Of a stretch of 64,000 bases of DNA, positions 49,501 through 58,207 are shown piece after piece. The translations under genes and the position numbers were made by a program. The first letter of the stretch is position 1. Each line of letters opens with the position of its first letter. The notes beneath the pieces were generated by a model. It was not told where the DNA came from. It did no database searches and saw only the letters and a program-made list of their open reading frames with translations. This DNA comes from Antedon mediterranea (lineage: Eukaryota; Animalia; Echinodermata): NCBI RefSeq assembly GCF_964355755.1, contig NC_092677.1, forward strand, positions 3,308,101 to 3,372,100, written 5' to 3'.

Positions 49501-52500
49501 AAGGAAATAAACAAATTGGCAGGAACCTCATAAAGACCAGGAACATTTTTTTTAAAGACTGAATCTGCTTAACAGATTTCGTAGTGGTAAAGGAATCATT
49601 AAGACAGGAAATTGTTTACAATTCTGGTTTAGCTGAACATCCGAAAATCATCGCCGGTATTGAAAAAAATTTAATCTTACACCACGAAATGGAAATATAA
49701 ATAAAACGTACAGTACTGTACTTATTGATGAAGAAAGTATTCATTCAAACAAATTGAAGTTTGTTTATTAATGAATTAATTATGGCTATTAATTAGTACA
49801 ATTACAGTATGCTCTGTCTACACTATCAAACTCAATGTGACAACAAAATGTGATGTGCCCATATATGAACATGATGATGTCATATCACTACCATATTTAA
49901 CCATATCACTACCATATTTGGGCACATCAGGCTTTTTTTTCAATCAAACGACTGTGATATTGTAGACAGAGCTTTATGTCCATGAACATTGACTTTACAC
50001 AGTTACACCTCACAAAATGTTTCTGTTGGTCCGATTTCGGTTCAGTATGACATAAAATAACAAACAGAATGCTGAGCGTATAAATATCAGAATGTTGTTT
50101 TTAAAGCAACTACTAGTACTACATTAAATTCTATCAGTCACGCACACCAAATACCAGCAAGTTAGACTATACTTACAGTAGTCTAAATATAACGTCACCT
50201 TCAAATTGTCCTGTGTCTACACTTTTTTACTTTAATCTCTCCCATCCAAATACTGTACTACTGCTACAATACAGTTACCTGGTAACTGGTCTTATGTTTG
50301 TATTGTTTTAAAAAGGCCATACTAAAATCTGGAAATTTGCAGGAATTTCTTAGTTACTCAAATTATCTTAATATCTTTATTATTAGACTTATAATATACA
50401 GTGTACCAATCATATTTATTATGTAAAAACATTTAAACAGTATTGGAAACATGAAAATGTTAATGATATTGATAAACAGAGCTTTACTACAACAAAACAA
50501 CCTTCTAAAAGTGAACTGTACTGTACATATGGTAATAACCAAATTCAATTGGTACTTGAATACAGTATCTCCATTCTGTGTCAAAACCTCAAGATGCTAT
50601 TATGTATGCATTGCCTTGGTATGATAATTTTCTGTAATTAAAATGCGAAGACGAGTCAAGTATTTTTAACAGTATTACTCGTCGTCGTACTGTATCATGT
50701 TCTTCTAGGCATAATAGAATGCTTCGTTTACCAAATAAATTCAATTATCCAACAGGCTCATGCAAAACAAATCAATTGTTTTTAAATTATTCTACTAATT
50801 GCTATGCAAATAACGGCTCAGTAAAATGGATCACGAATATTCGATTAGCAAAAATTACCACATAAATCCCTTGCTTTGTAAATTTGTAATTTTCATAATA
50901 GTGTAGTATACTCATTTATAATGTCTATGGAATAATTTAATTTTAAAGTATGCAGAATAATCATTTAAATGCAAGTTTAATGACTGACAAGGTTTATTAA
51001 TTATTAAATAAATACTATAATAATAAAGCCTATTTTAGTATTACTATTACTTCAGAAACATTGAATCATAATATGCAGTCATAGTAAAGTACTGTAGTTT
51101 ATGCCATTGCCAACAAAAAGAAAAACAAATTCTATCTGGAAAAATAATTATATGGATGGTAACTAGAGTATTAAAAATAAAAATTCCAAAATTACCTGTG
51201 CAATAGGTACAGTAGTTATTAACACATTTAATTTTTTTTAATTTTTGTTCTAATCGGCATACATACAAAATGGAGTAGTACACTACAATACAATGTACTG
51301 TAGATTATTTAATTATTTTTGTTGGATTTTTTATGAGGTTAGATGATATTTTAGGTAATTGCAGTGTTTACAGTAGTACAATTAACTGGACACAATTTTT
51401 TTTTTATGACATTGTATTGTAAAGAAAAACTAAATATCGCAACATTGATAATGATATTATAGTGCAATCTAGTACCGCTCCAATGATGTAATTTATCTCA
51501 ATGGTTCGCACAACTGACATTTTATATAGTTCCTGTCGCCAATTAAAATATGTTAAGTACCTATATAGAAAAGCAAATAGTGTATTGGAAGAGAGAAAAG
51601 CTATACAATACGTTGACATAGTAATCTAATCAAATTTATAGTTTACATTGGTTGAGCTGGTTAGATCTATGCTAATGGCTAGGAAGAAGTCTTGTCAATG
51701 AGATGCTGCACAATGCAAGGTCATGACTTGATCATGAGGAGAAATGAAGAATTACTAATGAACAAGTTCTATTATAGATATGGGAATAATTATAAATATT
51801 GGAAAGGTTGTCATAGTACAATCATGGGAAAGGAATTAGTCACTGGATAAATTAAATTTATTGCGATAGTATAATGGCTGCGGAGAAAACATTTAAAATT
51901 AGATTTATAGTTACATTGGAAATACAGTAAATATAAAATACCACAATTTGAAAAAGGGGGATTTAATTGAAGGAAAAATTACAATTTGTGTCTGAACAAT
52001 GAGGAGTGATTTGGTTAACGACAAGTTTAATCATGGCCTTAAAGAATCGGAGTTCACACAGTCTGGCACTGAGATGAATTATTATAAACATGTGCAGAGG
52101 AGGACAGCTAGTAGTGTAGAGAAAATATATTATAATATACAAGTGTAAACTGACTTTAGATATTACTGTATTATAATATAACAAGCAGTATACATTTGTG
52201 CTACAGACAATAGTCATATTTGAACACTTATTATATTTAATTTACACTTTCGATTGTTAGCATTAAAATTAAGTAGAATTTAATAACTTCTAAATATATT
52301 TGTTTATTGATAGTTTATCTATAGAAACATTATTTCTATAGACACAGGATATCAAGCATTTCAATAAGGGTTAAATGCTTTACAACTAAAGTATGTGGTT
52401 TGTTGTGGTTAATATTAATTATTGTTACATTACAAACATACTGCAGCAGTATGGGTATGTCTAGTAGCATAGTAAAGCTGTGTTTACATTTAGTTATTCT

Positions 52501-55500
52501 GTTATTTGTTAAGCTATGTCTACACTATAACATTTTAGGTGACAAAAAAATGTGATGTGCCAACATTATGGACATGATGTCATACCACTACCATATTTGG
52601 GCACATTACTACCACATTTGGGCACATCACACTATTTGTTAAACTAGTTTGATAGTGTAGACAGAGCTTTACATTATGTATGCTGATCCGAATCCTAATC
52701 CGAGGTGTATATCCACAATAAGTGCTTGAATGATCGGTTAACTCTCTATACCTTCGTTTCATTGACCGTAATATAAATCTGATTTACCTCTGAACTCTGA
52801 TAGGTTTCAGACAGGTACTATATTTAATATAGGTTGTACTATGATACTAACTCTGGTGGTAGGTCTCAGAATGTAACATTACAAATGCTCCACATGGGGT
52901 AATATCAGATGTTTTAAACAACCATGTATTTTCTTGCATTTTAACTCGGAACAAGCAAAACCGCAACACTCCTGAGAATCTTTAATTCTCACTCAGAGAG
53001 AAGATGGTGTAAACACATATCTTAAAGTTAGCCCACACCTTATCTGGAACAATTTACAGATGGTGATTTTATGACAAATTATGCTAACTTTATTGATAAC
53101 AGGACTGAATTTGATTGAGTGGATGTTAAGTATGTGGATAAGGAGATAAATTCAGTGTGTTCACTGATGACACATTCCAGTAACGAGTACTGGAATAGGG
53201 CATGCTCCCTTCCATCTTGAAATCCTAGATATAACTATACCCACTGCTCTAACGGTAAATTTTATCAACTGCAAATTAAACGATAATAACAACAATAATA
53301 TTGCAACCAATCCATACAGAACAAAAAACTATTTTCATATCAAACAATTGCTTTGTTTTGCGTCCTGGTTTCGTTAACACATGGCTGGCAGCTGTGAGGG
53401 ATAATAAGCCTTAATCATTTCACCCTTAACTTAACATGAATAGATGACTCAGGTGAGGCCAATCAGACATCTCAATACTATACCAGATTTTACAAAGATA
53501 CTGTAGCGTCATGGTTTTATTTTTGAAGAATCACACACTGTGAACAATTATTTTAATTATATTACAACCTCTCATAGTCAAAACTCAAAATTTGAAAAAA
53601 ATGCTGTAAAATACGTAAATTAATATTACAGCACAGTTACAGCTACTGTACAGTATGTTGGCATTACTGTAGATTTGACAAAGTATAATAGATGATATAC
53701 AAAACCCAAATAAGGTGCTGAACAACCACTAAACCTACAGTACAGTACTGTAGGAAAGATTTTCTACTGTCTGTAGAAAAAAGCTGTAAAAATATACAGT
53801 ATGTTGGCATAGATTTGACAAAATACACCCTTGTATTCAAAACCCAAATACTGACTCTGTGATGAAGAACCACTAAGCTGTAAGCTAGGAGAATTGTGAT
53901 CCAAACAGGTGTAAAGTACATTCTCTCAGCAATTCATTAATGTTTGTTAAATGTGGAACCTTGGTGCTGTGTGAAATACTGTAGTGCAGCATAATAGTCC
54001 ATTCAACAGAAAGCAAATAAATTAAGACACTGTTCAAGTTTCATTGCCATTATTCCTAAAGCTCTACTTATCTCGGAATGATAAACTGAGTTCTTCTATC
54101 TACACTATCAAACTAGTTTGAAAATAAAAGTGTGATGTGCCCAAGTATGGTAGTGATATGTTCAAATATGGTAGTGGTATGATATCATCATGTCCATATA
54201 TGAGCACATCACATTTGTTTTTGTCATATAAATTTTGATAGTATAGACAGTGTTGTATAGATTTGTTTACTATAAATTCTTGTATGGGATTATACTGGAG
54301 TACTCTATGGGATTATATTTGAATATTATCATGGGATTTTTTCTTTAATACTGTACAGTATTTGTATAATAATAGTCACTCTATCCAACTATAGTATGCA
54401 TCATTTACAGTACAGGACAGAATTATTGCAAAAATCCCAACGCATTCAACACGTTGTCGTTGCGTTGTGTTTGCGTTGCGTTGAACGGCTTTCAACGTTT
54501 TAGTTGTTTATTCAACGAAAGTCATTATCAGCATGTCAAGTAAACAATTAGTTATTTCAACGCTAGCTGCTGCAGCACTAGACTGGCCGATTGCACGCCT
54601 GAACGATCAGTAACAACAACAGGCAAAATACCTATCGGCAGTCACTACCAGATATTTTAAATATAAATAAAAAATATATATGAAGCTTAGATATATTTTT
54701 AAGTATTGAACGGACAGTTACCAAGTAAAACACACAGTGATATTTCCCAGTGTTTAGTGAAGGAAAACATCGAATAATAAGGTCGATGCCAAGTCTAACA
54801 GTTAACACTGTACTGTAGGCCTTCCGGGGGAAAACACGATCTCACGTCGTAAAATCAAACAACGTGGAAATTACTGACATCAACACACGAGGCCGCCACC
54901 CTGGTTTCCTCAAGAAAAACACCACGTGTGTTATGACGTATTTAACGATCGTTAATGACGACGAAGTAATTAATTTTATTTAGGCCTACATTTTTTAGCT
55001 GTTTCGAGATTCAAGAGATAAAGTTAAAATATTGTTTCTCTATTTTGGTTTTTATTTTATAATTGTCCCATTGTTTGTTGTAATGTAATTTGAAAGAACT
55101 AAAAAATTTGACGTGTCCGACACCCATGAACCAATTTAAATCTTTATAAATCAAACAACATTACATTTTTAAGTACAAAAAGCGTTTTGAATACGTTAAC
55201 AATAGAGCGTGTTGAATGTGTTGAACCCGTTGACCGTTCATTGACGACGTTAAACAATTGAATCCCATAGCGTTGAACGCGTTGAAAACGTTGCGCGTTT
55301 TGAAAAGCATCACACTGTAAACTGATTTAAATGTTGGCTGTTCGCTCGCATATTCTCGCAACTCCCATCCCATTCATACAGTTTCAGGAGGAGGCCAATA
55401 TAATTATATTAAGAAACAAAACAATAGTATGTTACAGAGAAAACGCCTAAACCTCGCCTGTAATAATATATTGTCTTGCATCAGAATAAAGTGGTTCTTT

Positions 55501-58207
55501 ATTCTGAATTGTTTGGTTATTCAAATATTTGTGGGTTACACCTTGGCGTGAATAATATGGTATGGCACAGGTTTTGATTTTAAAGAAAACGCCTAAAATT
55601 GCCTATTGTCATCAAATTGGTCATTCCTATTTCTTGGTTATTATATTTAACGCTTTTCTCTGCATGGGTTACGTTAGGCATCACAATAATTAATTTATAA
55701 TATAATACATGATAATGATATATTTATGGATAATAATAAAACTAAACGATTTTTTCCCTTTTAATTACGCGTTATTTCATAATGAATGAACTCTTCACCT
55801 TTCGATCAGTTCGTCCCTCACGTCACGAAAAGCATGCGTGAAAAAGACGACGACCATGCTGGATCGTTATGTTGGTGGTGTATTGTTGCCTTCCATGGCG
55901 GCGGGTGTAGGCTACGTTGTTTTTATAAATAATCGAGAAAAATGTAGTACAGTACTGCGAAGTTTTTAGTTTGGAAATAATTAATTACGATGTGACCTAG
56001 CCTCCAAGATTCACCGCCGCCTTAACTTTGGTATTTAATACTCCAGTTAATATAGGCACACAGTAATTAAGGACATGACCACTACTTTTAACTGCGATGG
56101 CAGACGCGGCTCATATACACACGGGGCCTACTCGTTAGTAGTAGGCCTAGCCTAGTGTAATATATTAAGCTAGGTTTCCGCGGAAAAATACACATTATGT
56201 TTGTTTTCTTAAATATTTGTAATACTGTATTTTATACTATTACTACTACTACTAATACACACTGGCAATCTGTAAATACCATACGAATCCGATTGTTCGT
56301 TATTTCAACGCAAACTCAACGCAACACATTGTGTTGGTTGAATAAACAGTTCAACGAACTCAACACTTTCAACGCCAACGGACAACGCAGTTTCAACGCG
56401 TTGTCAACACTTTAACAATGCGTTGAATGCGTTCAAAATCTGCAATAATTCTGTCCGGTACTGTATGTAAATCAATGGTGGTAGGAGGGTATGTTTGTTA
56501 ATCTGGGTCGTTATTCTCACACTTTTGGATTACGCTAGGATTGGAAATCAAAGAGTTTAAACTGGCTAACCTTGATGGCTGTGTGCTTTTTGTGTGATTA
56601 TTATGTTGTGTTAAGCAATTTCTACAATTTACAAAGATAATTATAATACAGTAGAACAACCTCAGAACCCCCAACAAATTTTCCCTGTTTTTGTGTCTCC
56701 TAAAAAGCGATTGGCCGTAGTGTTAACTGTGTTTCCCAAAAGTGTGCTCTACTTATTCTATACTTGATATAACAATTTAACAATATAATACATTTTATGA
56801 TTTTGTTATATTTTATTTACTATTTTATTTGTCTAATTATAAAAGAAAGAAATTTGTATAATCTGAAAATCATAGTTACTGTAGTAGATAAACAATAGGT
56901 TTTCTTTTACTGTACTGTACGGCTACTTTCAACAATATAGACCATTTTTTTGTATAACAAAAATAGTCTATAGTGACTGGTATTATATATGTAGTTTGTA
57001 TGGTTAGTTTTTTTGATAGATTGAAAACAAAAAAATGCACACCACCGTGTAATTTTAACAAATTACAATTTTGCTGCAATGAAAGAAATTAGACAAACAC
57101 ACAAACAAAAATAACAAATTCACATCATATTACAATCTTATACTTACTTGATGCTTGCGAGTCCCATGTCACGACCGTTATCGTCTCTTCATTAACCATC
57201 TCGTAATCCAACGGACTATTTACGGTAACGACACCATCATCGTTACTAACGGCAAATCTGGGGTTAACGTCGGTCATCATAAACTTATGGTTTGGAGAAA
57301 CAGCATCGAACGTATAAACAACGTACCCAATCGAAGCGCTTTCATTAACTGATACCGTATCACCTGGTAAGACATCTCTGCGTCTACGCAAATGTGTTTC
57401 AGGGACAATCATATCATTTAGGTAAGGTCTAAATATTAGCGAATCGTCGGAAACGGTTATTCTTATTGCGGCTTTGACACCTTCTACGGGCAGATTTCCA
57501 GCATCCACCACACGCGTGATTAAGTTATATATTCCACTAGGGACAGGTTTAACCACGGAAATAGCACCGGTTGCGCAATCCATTTGAAAATATTCATTTT
57601 TGTCAACGGAATAAGAAATAAGACCGTTATTATTGCCTGTATCTGCATGAACCGATCCAATTATCATATCTACTGGGGTGGATGTTGATATTTCCAGTTC
57701 ATAAACAGACTGCGTAAATGTTGGCTTCTCCTCGTTTTGATCGTTAACGACGAGGATGTGAACTTCCGTCGACAATCCGATTTTTGGCGCGGTCAGCGTA
57801 AATTGATAACTACTCTGTAATTTACTGTCAAGAAGTTTTGTTGTAAGAAAATTAATTTTCATACCAGTTTCGCTAAGAGTATTTGACAATATGAAATGTT
57901 CACTTCCATCTCCGGAAAGTGAAAGGTCGGCAGTGTCTCTTGCCTGCCAAATAAATGGTAACGAAAGATCGTCCAATCCAAACACACTACTGCCTACTTT
58001 TGAATTTTCTAGGATGTACCCATAATAAACATCTTTGGAAAATTCTAAATTTGACTTAATTTTTATATCAAGATTTTCTAAATTGTTCGTATCATCTTCA
58101 AAATACGTTTGTCTAGGCAGAGCTAAAGAAATAACTCCAGTAAATAACAAGCACGACAGAATGAAAAGGCGAAACACTCGGTCTGCCGAAATACAAGTGT
58201 CCGCCAT
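19266..58207 (-). CDS. Cadherin gene B: complete non-chordate classical (type III, neural-cadherin/DN-cadherin/G-cadherin-like) cadherin, 31 coding exons, ~2862 aa
   Basis: Hand-spliced model, all introns GT-AG and phase-consistent (sum 8589 nt). Signal peptide [29 protein letters not shown]; HLRRRR/DV furin site; repeated LDYE/LDRE, AxDxD and DxNDNxP cadherin motifs; NC domain YSAHGSPYY; EGF-like Cys clusters alternating with two LamG domains; [24 protein letters not shown]; cytoplasmic [10 protein letters not shown] and PPYD...[14 protein letters not shown]...[14 protein letters not shown]. Confidence 0.93.
19659..20403. repeat. 81-bp minisatellite, ~9 near-identical copies, in last intron of cadherin B
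   Basis: Unit GTGTCTCCTTAATAGAGGTGTCCCTTTAATATGGGTTGGCTGTGGTGTTATAGCATATATGGCCTCCCATTCATTTCACAA. Confidence 0.95.
20556..20798 (-). CDS. Cadherin B exon 30 (TM end, p120 juxtamembrane domain)
   Basis: [11 protein letters not shown]...[24 protein letters not shown]; AG/GTATG. Confidence 0.93.
20877..21065 (+). mobile_element. tRNA-derived SINE, second copy of the 588-850 family
   Basis: GTGGAGCTGTAGCTTGGTTGTT, GGTTCAATCC, CAACTCCACTCCC, TGTAATTGG...CTCGCTGTTGGATG shared with first copy. Confidence 0.7.
21125..21330 (-). CDS. Cadherin B exon 29 (EGF-like, TM start)
   Basis: [12 protein letters not shown]...C...[14 protein letters not shown]; AG/GTGAG. Confidence 0.9.
21941..22380 (-). CDS. 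Cadherin B exon 28 (LamG2, EGF)
   Basis: [13 protein letters not shown]...VNNGQWHSV...FVGCM...[19 protein letters not shown]; AG/GTAAG. Confidence 0.92.
22448..24350. mobile_element. Non-autonomous Tc1/mariner (pogo/Tigger-like) element, 1903 bp, TA TSD
   Basis: Perfect 24-bp TIR CAGTCAACTCTCCCAATACCGGAC, TA on both sides, subterminal AAACCGGA repeats; no transposase ORF. Confidence 0.85.
22921..23553. mobile_element. Nested TIR element inside the 22448-24350 element
   Basis: 32-bp TIR CAGGGAGTTGTTAACAC(G/A)TT(C/G)ACTGCCA(C/A)GGC; flanks GTTTTTAG / GTTTTTTAG; internal TTAA at 22931 and 23540. Confidence 0.8.
24427..24605 (-). CDS. Cadherin B exon 27 (LamG2 start)
   Basis: [15 protein letters not shown]...[11 protein letters not shown]...TTIE; AG/GTAAG. 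Confidence 0.9.
24875..25194 (-). CDS. Cadherin B exon 26 (LamG1 end, EGF2)
   Basis: [12 protein letters not shown]...GFDGCIRNL...CVNGVC...[14 protein letters not shown]. Confidence 0.92.
25469..25599. mobile_element. Degenerate CAGT-terminal MITE related to the 81-bp minisatellite
   Basis: TA-CAGTAAAAC...GTGTGTCCTTAATAGAGGGTGTCCCAAAGG...GTTCTACTC-TA. Confidence 0.5.
25631..25752 (-). CDS. Cadherin B exon 25 (LamG1)
   Basis: [40 protein letters not shown]; not in ORF track; AG/GTAAG. Confidence 0.88.
25889..26234 (-). CDS. Cadherin B exon 24 (EGF1 end, LamG1)
   Basis: [13 protein letters not shown]...LFYNGPM...DFILLEL...[11 protein letters not shown]. Confidence 0.92.
26396..26664 (-). CDS. 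Cadherin B exon 23 (Cys-rich/EGF1)
   Basis: [17 protein letters not shown]...CEGSCYN...[14 protein letters not shown]. Confidence 0.92.
26879..27277 (-). CDS. Cadherin B exon 22 (EC16 end, NC domain)
   Basis: VDPDNGNI...[14 protein letters not shown]...IDIFSV...[11 protein letters not shown]. Confidence 0.93.
27446..27576 (-). CDS. Cadherin B exon 21
   Basis: [24 protein letters not shown]...WDHFD; donor GTGAG; acceptor could alternatively give a start at 27567. Confidence 0.82.
27625..28665. repeat. AT-rich tandem array: degenerate ~21-bp monomers (27625-28010) grading into ~10 copies of a 64-bp higher-order unit
   Basis: Monomer AAACTAATAGTAACCTATTT; 64-bp unit ACTAAACTAATTATAACACATGCAACCAATAGTAACTTATTTAAACTAGGTAATAGTTTAACAT (period checked at 28112/28176 and 28491/28555). 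Confidence 0.9.
28685..28879 (-). CDS. Cadherin B exon 20
   Basis: [20 protein letters not shown]...[22 protein letters not shown]; not in ORF track. Confidence 0.9.
29029..29137. mobile_element. Small inverted-repeat (MITE-like) remnant
   Basis: TATCTGTGGCTGCGACA ... TGTCGCAGCCAGACATA. Confidence 0.4.
29375..29772 (-). CDS. Cadherin B exon 19
   Basis: YEIDP...LDRE...AIDAGIPP...[10 protein letters not shown]...TDPDT. Confidence 0.92.
30125..30360 (-). CDS. Cadherin B exon 18
   Basis: ELDYETG...[10 protein letters not shown]...AKDTE...RVA; phase 2 donor GTAAG. Confidence 0.92.
30503..30756 (-). CDS. Cadherin B exon 17
   Basis: [19 protein letters not shown]...VPE...[20 protein letters not shown]; frame not shown in ORF track. 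Confidence 0.9.
30905..31114. mobile_element. MITE family 1 copy whose right end seeds the 64-bp satellite
   Basis: AGCTCTGACTACACTATCAAACT...AGTTTGATAGTGTAGACAGAGCT; 4-5 internal AAATATGGTAGTGATATGCCT repeats. Confidence 0.85.
31097..34747. repeat. 64-bp minisatellite, 57 copies, in cadherin B intron 16
   Basis: Unit GATAGTGTAGACAGAGCTTAAGAGGGTAGCCACCATC(T/C)CATGTGTCTTT(C/A)ATTTGTTCTTTTAT; 3651 bp = 57x64 plus one 3-nt insertion (~31931). Confidence 0.97.
34896..35147 (-). CDS. Cadherin B exon 16
   Basis: [13 protein letters not shown]...LDRETDDKY...AEDMA. Confidence 0.9.
35387..35551. mobile_element. MITE family 1 copy
   Basis: Both TIRs present, TTA/TAA flanks. Confidence 0.8.
35646..35952 (-). 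CDS. Cadherin B exon 15
   Basis: VTAEDKDEG...LDYE...ATDENGAG...[10 protein letters not shown]. Confidence 0.92.
36340..36644 (-). CDS. Cadherin B exon 14
   Basis: [16 protein letters not shown]...LDYE...[10 protein letters not shown]...VLK. Confidence 0.92.
37153..37296 (-). CDS. Cadherin B exon 13
   Basis: [48 protein letters not shown]. Confidence 0.9.
37468..37571. repeat. Inverted repeat/hairpin (MITE-like core)
   Basis: ATGGTGGGAAGGGTTTTGGAGGAAATGTCA ... TGACGTTTGCTCTCAAACCCTTCCCATCAT. Confidence 0.5.
37862..38057 (-). CDS. Cadherin B exon 12
   Basis: ISYSQTPG...[20 protein letters not shown]...[10 protein letters not shown]. Confidence 0.9.
38383..38515. mobile_element. MITE family 1 copy
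   Basis: Both TIRs present. Confidence 0.75.
38660..38870 (-). CDS. Cadherin B exon 11
   Basis: YELRIKAQD...[10 protein letters not shown]...IAEGDY...AEDDDT. Confidence 0.9.
39030..39229. mobile_element. MITE family 1 copy (4 internal repeats)
   Basis: Both TIRs, TAA/TTA flanks. Confidence 0.75.
39435..39751 (-). CDS. Cadherin B exon 10
   Basis: [11 protein letters not shown]...[11 protein letters not shown]...LDYEETT; donor GTGCG, phase 2. Confidence 0.88.
40202..40383 (-). CDS. Cadherin B exon 9
   Basis: [24 protein letters not shown]...[13 protein letters not shown]. Confidence 0.9.
40823..41090 (-). CDS. Cadherin B exon 8
   Basis: [16 protein letters not shown]...LDRE...AEDGG...GDQNDVYP. 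Confidence 0.9.
41327..41565 (-). CDS. Cadherin B exon 7
   Basis: GVVSR...DDDACCSQ...[13 protein letters not shown]. Confidence 0.9.
41686..42078 (-). CDS. Cadherin B exon 6
   Basis: VTVEDQDG...LDYE...[10 protein letters not shown]...ATDPDGD...VDTYT. Confidence 0.92.
42596..42707 (-). CDS. Cadherin B exon 5
   Basis: [37 protein letters not shown]; not in ORF track; AG/GTGAG. Confidence 0.88.
42870..43033. mobile_element. MITE family 1 copy (eroded ends)
   Basis: ACACTATCAAACTAGTTTGAC...AAGTTTGATAGTGTAGA. Confidence 0.7.
43316..43514 (-). CDS. Cadherin B exon 4
   Basis: LLTVKAKSF...VDRE...[11 protein letters not shown]. Confidence 0.9.
43885..44119 (-). CDS. Cadherin B exon 3
   Basis: [16 protein letters not shown]...[10 protein letters not shown]...SSPR; donor GTACG, phase 2. 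Confidence 0.88.
47262..47443. mobile_element. MITE family 1 copy, ~25 bp from cadherin B exon 2 donor
   Basis: Both TIRs recognisable. Confidence 0.72.
47468..47656 (-). CDS. Cadherin B exon 2
   Basis: [27 protein letters not shown]...AVDPDD...GFFI; AG/GTGAG. Confidence 0.9.
49240..49479. mobile_element. Short diverged derivative of the 22448-24350 CAGT element
   Basis: TA-CAGTCAACAGCCAATACTGGACTC...GCCCAAAAGTGTCCAGTATTGGGACAGTTTATTG. Confidence 0.65.
49810..49973. mobile_element. MITE family 1 copy
   Basis: Both TIRs recognisable. Confidence 0.72.
52512..52668. mobile_element. MITE family 1 copy, TTA TSD
   Basis: TTA|AGCTATGTCTACACTAT...GATAGTGTAGACAGAGCT|TTA. Confidence 0.78.
54094..54250. 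mobile_element. MITE family 1 copy (eroded ends); further partial copies at ~4095-4186 and ~8525-8625
   Basis: Shared internal sequence GTGATGTGCCC...ATGGTAGTGATATG...CATCATGTCCATATATG. Confidence 0.7.
54408..56463. mobile_element. Non-autonomous Tc1-like element, 2056 bp, TA TSD, in cadherin B intron 1
   Basis: TIR CAGTAC(A/C)GGACAGAATTATTGCA followed by AACGCATTCAAC; TA on both sides; many TCAAC/GTTGA motifs; no long ORF. Confidence 0.8.
57148..58207 (-). CDS. Cadherin B exon 1 (signal peptide, two EC-like prodomain repeats, furin site, most of EC1)
   Basis: ATG at 58207 (context AACATGG); leader; [13 protein letters not shown]...[11 protein letters not shown]...VVDAG; HLRRRRDV; LDYE; donor GTAAG. 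Confidence 0.9.

Noticed and set aside
45370-53921. Short hydrophobic ORFs in cadherin B introns 1-2
   Set aside because: AT-rich codon noise or MITE translations, with no domain motifs or splice-consistent structure.
123-58207. Single gene with duplicated alternative exon cassettes (clustered protocadherin, Dscam or CadN mutually exclusive style)
   Set aside because: Gene B has its own TM, tail and stop before gene A begins with a new signal peptide. No duplicated exons were seen inside introns of either gene, though very diverged ones could be missed by eye.
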